Origin: Mobula hypostoma
Lineage: Eukaryota
Assembly: GCF_963921235.1 (NCBI RefSeq)
Contig: NC_086099.1
Coordinates: 27,032,001-27,096,000, forward strand
Length of the DNA: 64,000 bases
Direction of reading: 5' to 3'
In this document: positions 63,121 through 64,000 of the stretch, one piece after another
Layout: each line of letters starts with the position of its first letter
How positions within the stretch are numbered: the stretch's first letter is position 1
Notes under the pieces: model-generated
What the model was told of the DNA's origin: nothing
Seen by the model: only the letters and a program-made list of their open reading frames with translations
Database searches by the model: none
Program-made: the position numbers and the translations under genes

Positions 63121-64000
63121 TGTTTTAAACAGACTCAATAGGCCATTCAATCAACCCTTCACCAAGTTTGCCAAAGTTTTCGGAAGTAAATTTCTCCTGA
63201 TCTTCATATTGCAAATGTAAAATCTTGCCATGAAGCAGCACCAGCTGGCAACATTTTAGAAAGGAATTTATTTTTATAGAAAGGATTTAGTTTTGAAAGA
63301 TAAATAAATCCTGTAAGTGTTGTAACTAACGCAGTTTAATCAACATTGTTCCAAGTTCAAAGTTAGTCTATTCTACTTTGGAGGCATTTACAGGAAAATA
63401 AAGAAATACAATAGAATTTATGAAAAACAGTACATAAACAAAGACTGATAAACAACCAATGTATAAAACATGTGAAACTGCACAAATAATAAAAATAATA
63501 CTGGAACATGAGCCTGAAAGTCAGTCTGTAAGTTGTAGAGTCAATTCAGAGTTGTGTTGAGTGAAATTACCCATGATGGTTCAGGATCCTGACCGTTATA
63601 GGGTAATAACTAGTCCTGACCTAGTGAGAGGCGACCTAAGGCTTCTGTAGCTCCTATCCATTGGTAGCAGACAAAAAGAGCAAGTCACCTTAATAATGGG
63701 AGTACCTTGAGCACCTCTCAATTACCACAATTATAAGGGAAGTAATTAGTCTTGATTAATTTGCCTCACAGGTGGGGTGGGGTGGTGTTGATAAGGGAGA
63801 AAGGTTGGGACATGGACAATTGGATGGATTGGACATGCTCCTGCCAATGTTTTAATAAGTGCAAAGATCATGATCATCATTTACTGAATTAAAATGGTTG
63901 TAGATGAGTGTGTCCCTACAACTTTAAACTCCTCAGTGTTATCATTTCCACGGACCTGTCCTGAGCCCAGCACAGAAGAGCAATTACAAAGAAAACACAG

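Noticed and set aside
1-64000. CRISPR arrays, operons, rRNA/tRNA genes
   Set aside because: The sequence is eukaryotic with no repeat-spacer arrays; tRNA-like boxes occur only as SINE heads.

Overview
This is a repeat-dense, AT-rich vertebrate genomic window. The CR1/HER1 LINEs with (TCTTATGG)n tails, HE1-like V-SINEs, Rex1 and Penelope families point to a cartilaginous fish, probably a ray or skate (inference). I can support only one host coding exon: a 118-nt phase 1/2 exon at 61819-61936 (+) encoding the first cytokine-binding FN3 segment of a CNTFR-like class I cytokine receptor (PPVAPTVVCRSNAYPDTFYCTWQLSGPTYIPTEFDISV). The ~61.8 kb upstream looks intronic or intergenic and is filled with transposable elements: CR1, Rex1/Babar, at least three Penelope-like (PLE) families, a solo LTR with a 5-bp TSD, Tc1, Tigger and hAT derivatives, and Vingi-like and Dong/R4-like fragments. 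Most ORFs in the track are TE fragments or chance ORFs. The most striking system is PLE-derived. About ten minimal hammerhead-ribozyme motifs are present, ranging from intact to decayed. They sit in a long GIY-YIG element, in ~95-bp ribozyme-plus-tail mini-insertions, and in head-to-head fold-back insertions with exact 15-16-bp TSDs and a reproducible long-arm/short-arm asymmetry. PLE hammerheads are a known class; whether these miniature and fold-back derivatives form an undescribed family needs a genome-wide search. Boundaries of old repeats are approximate, and family names come from recalled motifs, not database searches.
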